Of a stretch of DNA of 64,000 nucleotides, positions 63,510 to 64,000 are shown piece by piece (the first letter of the stretch is position 1; each line of letters starts with the position of its first letter). The translations under genes were made by a program, and so were the position numbers. The stretch comes from Bilabrum cf. latius (Eukaryota). The notes beneath the pieces are model-generated. The model ran no database searches, was not told the DNA's origin, and was given only the letters and a program-made list of their open reading frames with translations. The DNA is taken from NCBI GenBank assembly GCA_965178125.1, contig OZ237770.1:372001-436000 (forward strand), written 5' to 3'.

Positions 63510-63795
63510 ATGCACAGCGAGCATGGCTCACGAGCAGGGAGATCGAAAACCGGCAGCACGGTGGACTATGATGGCCATGCGGTGGGGACGAGCAGCGAAA
63601 GAACTTGTATCTGGTGATTGCAGTTCAATGCTTCAATGTACCGGTAAAGGGAGGACGAAACAAATTGGCAGATGCACTGCTCGCCTGTTCGCGCGTTGGC
63701 AATGTAACGTGCGGTATTCTAGTGATGAAGAGCTCCCTTCCTTGGCTTCCCCCGTCCTTACTAGAAACGAAATAGTGTGGTAGCTAGCAGTTTTT

Positions 63796-64000
63796 TCAAG
63801 CAGTTTGGTAGGTGATTATTTCAAGCATGTCATAGGGAAGCGGCGGAGGCCACCATGGGCAAGGCAAGAAGCTCTCCAGCAGCTTTAGCACCGGCAGGTC
63901 ACACCCAATCGGAAGGGGTGGCGGAAGTGCAAGATTTGGAACCAATATATCCGGGCGGCTGCCATACTGGCGGGACAAATAGGATTCTTTGCCAACCGAA
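63796..64000 (-). CDS. Possible 3' end of a gene entering from the right edge
   Basis: Open minus frame (…PPPLPIGCDLPVLKLLESFLPCPWW…) ending in TGA at 63796; no recognisable domain. Confidence 0.3.
   Translation of the reverse strand, partial: SVGKESYLSRQYGSRPDILVPNLALPPPLPIGCDLPVLKLLESFLPCPWWPPPLPYDMLEIITYQTA

Noticed and set aside
1-64000. tRNA-Gln(CUA), other tRNA/rRNA genes, transposase or reverse transcriptase genes
   Set aside because: None were recognisable by eye. The short intergenic gaps were not formally scanned.

Overview
Gene-dense, GC-rich nuclear DNA of a microbial eukaryote (few short GT-AG introns, intergenic gaps of ~75-430 bp; the lineage cannot be fixed from this window). 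The ORF track looks shattered because this genome does not appear to use the standard code. Nearly every long gene is one continuous frame interrupted only by TAG codons, while the inferred gene ends are TGA or TAA. TAG swaps with CAG inside a coding tandem repeat and sits in Gln runs, so UAG most likely encodes Gln while UAA remains a stop. This is a rare code that decouples UAA from UAG. With TAG=Gln the window resolves into about 12 genes: a partial coiled-coil protein, a ~2340-aa kinesin-14, a Cys-rich membrane protein, a type II NADH dehydrogenase, a ~7620-aa single-frame BEACH/WD40 protein, pyruvate kinase, a ~1490-aa hypothetical protein, a chitin synthase, a ~2700-aa N-terminal-motor kinesin, an RluA-family pseudouridine synthase, an ankyrin-repeat protein and a possible partial gene at the right edge. 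A second unexplained signal is a set of hyper-abundant 10-20-bp DNA words inside coding exons, on both strands and in several frames. The main one is CACTCGTCACAC (~45 perfect copies). These words cluster in low-complexity insertions that inflate otherwise conserved proteins. No rRNA, tRNA, CRISPR array or recognisable transposon was seen. All counts were made by eye.
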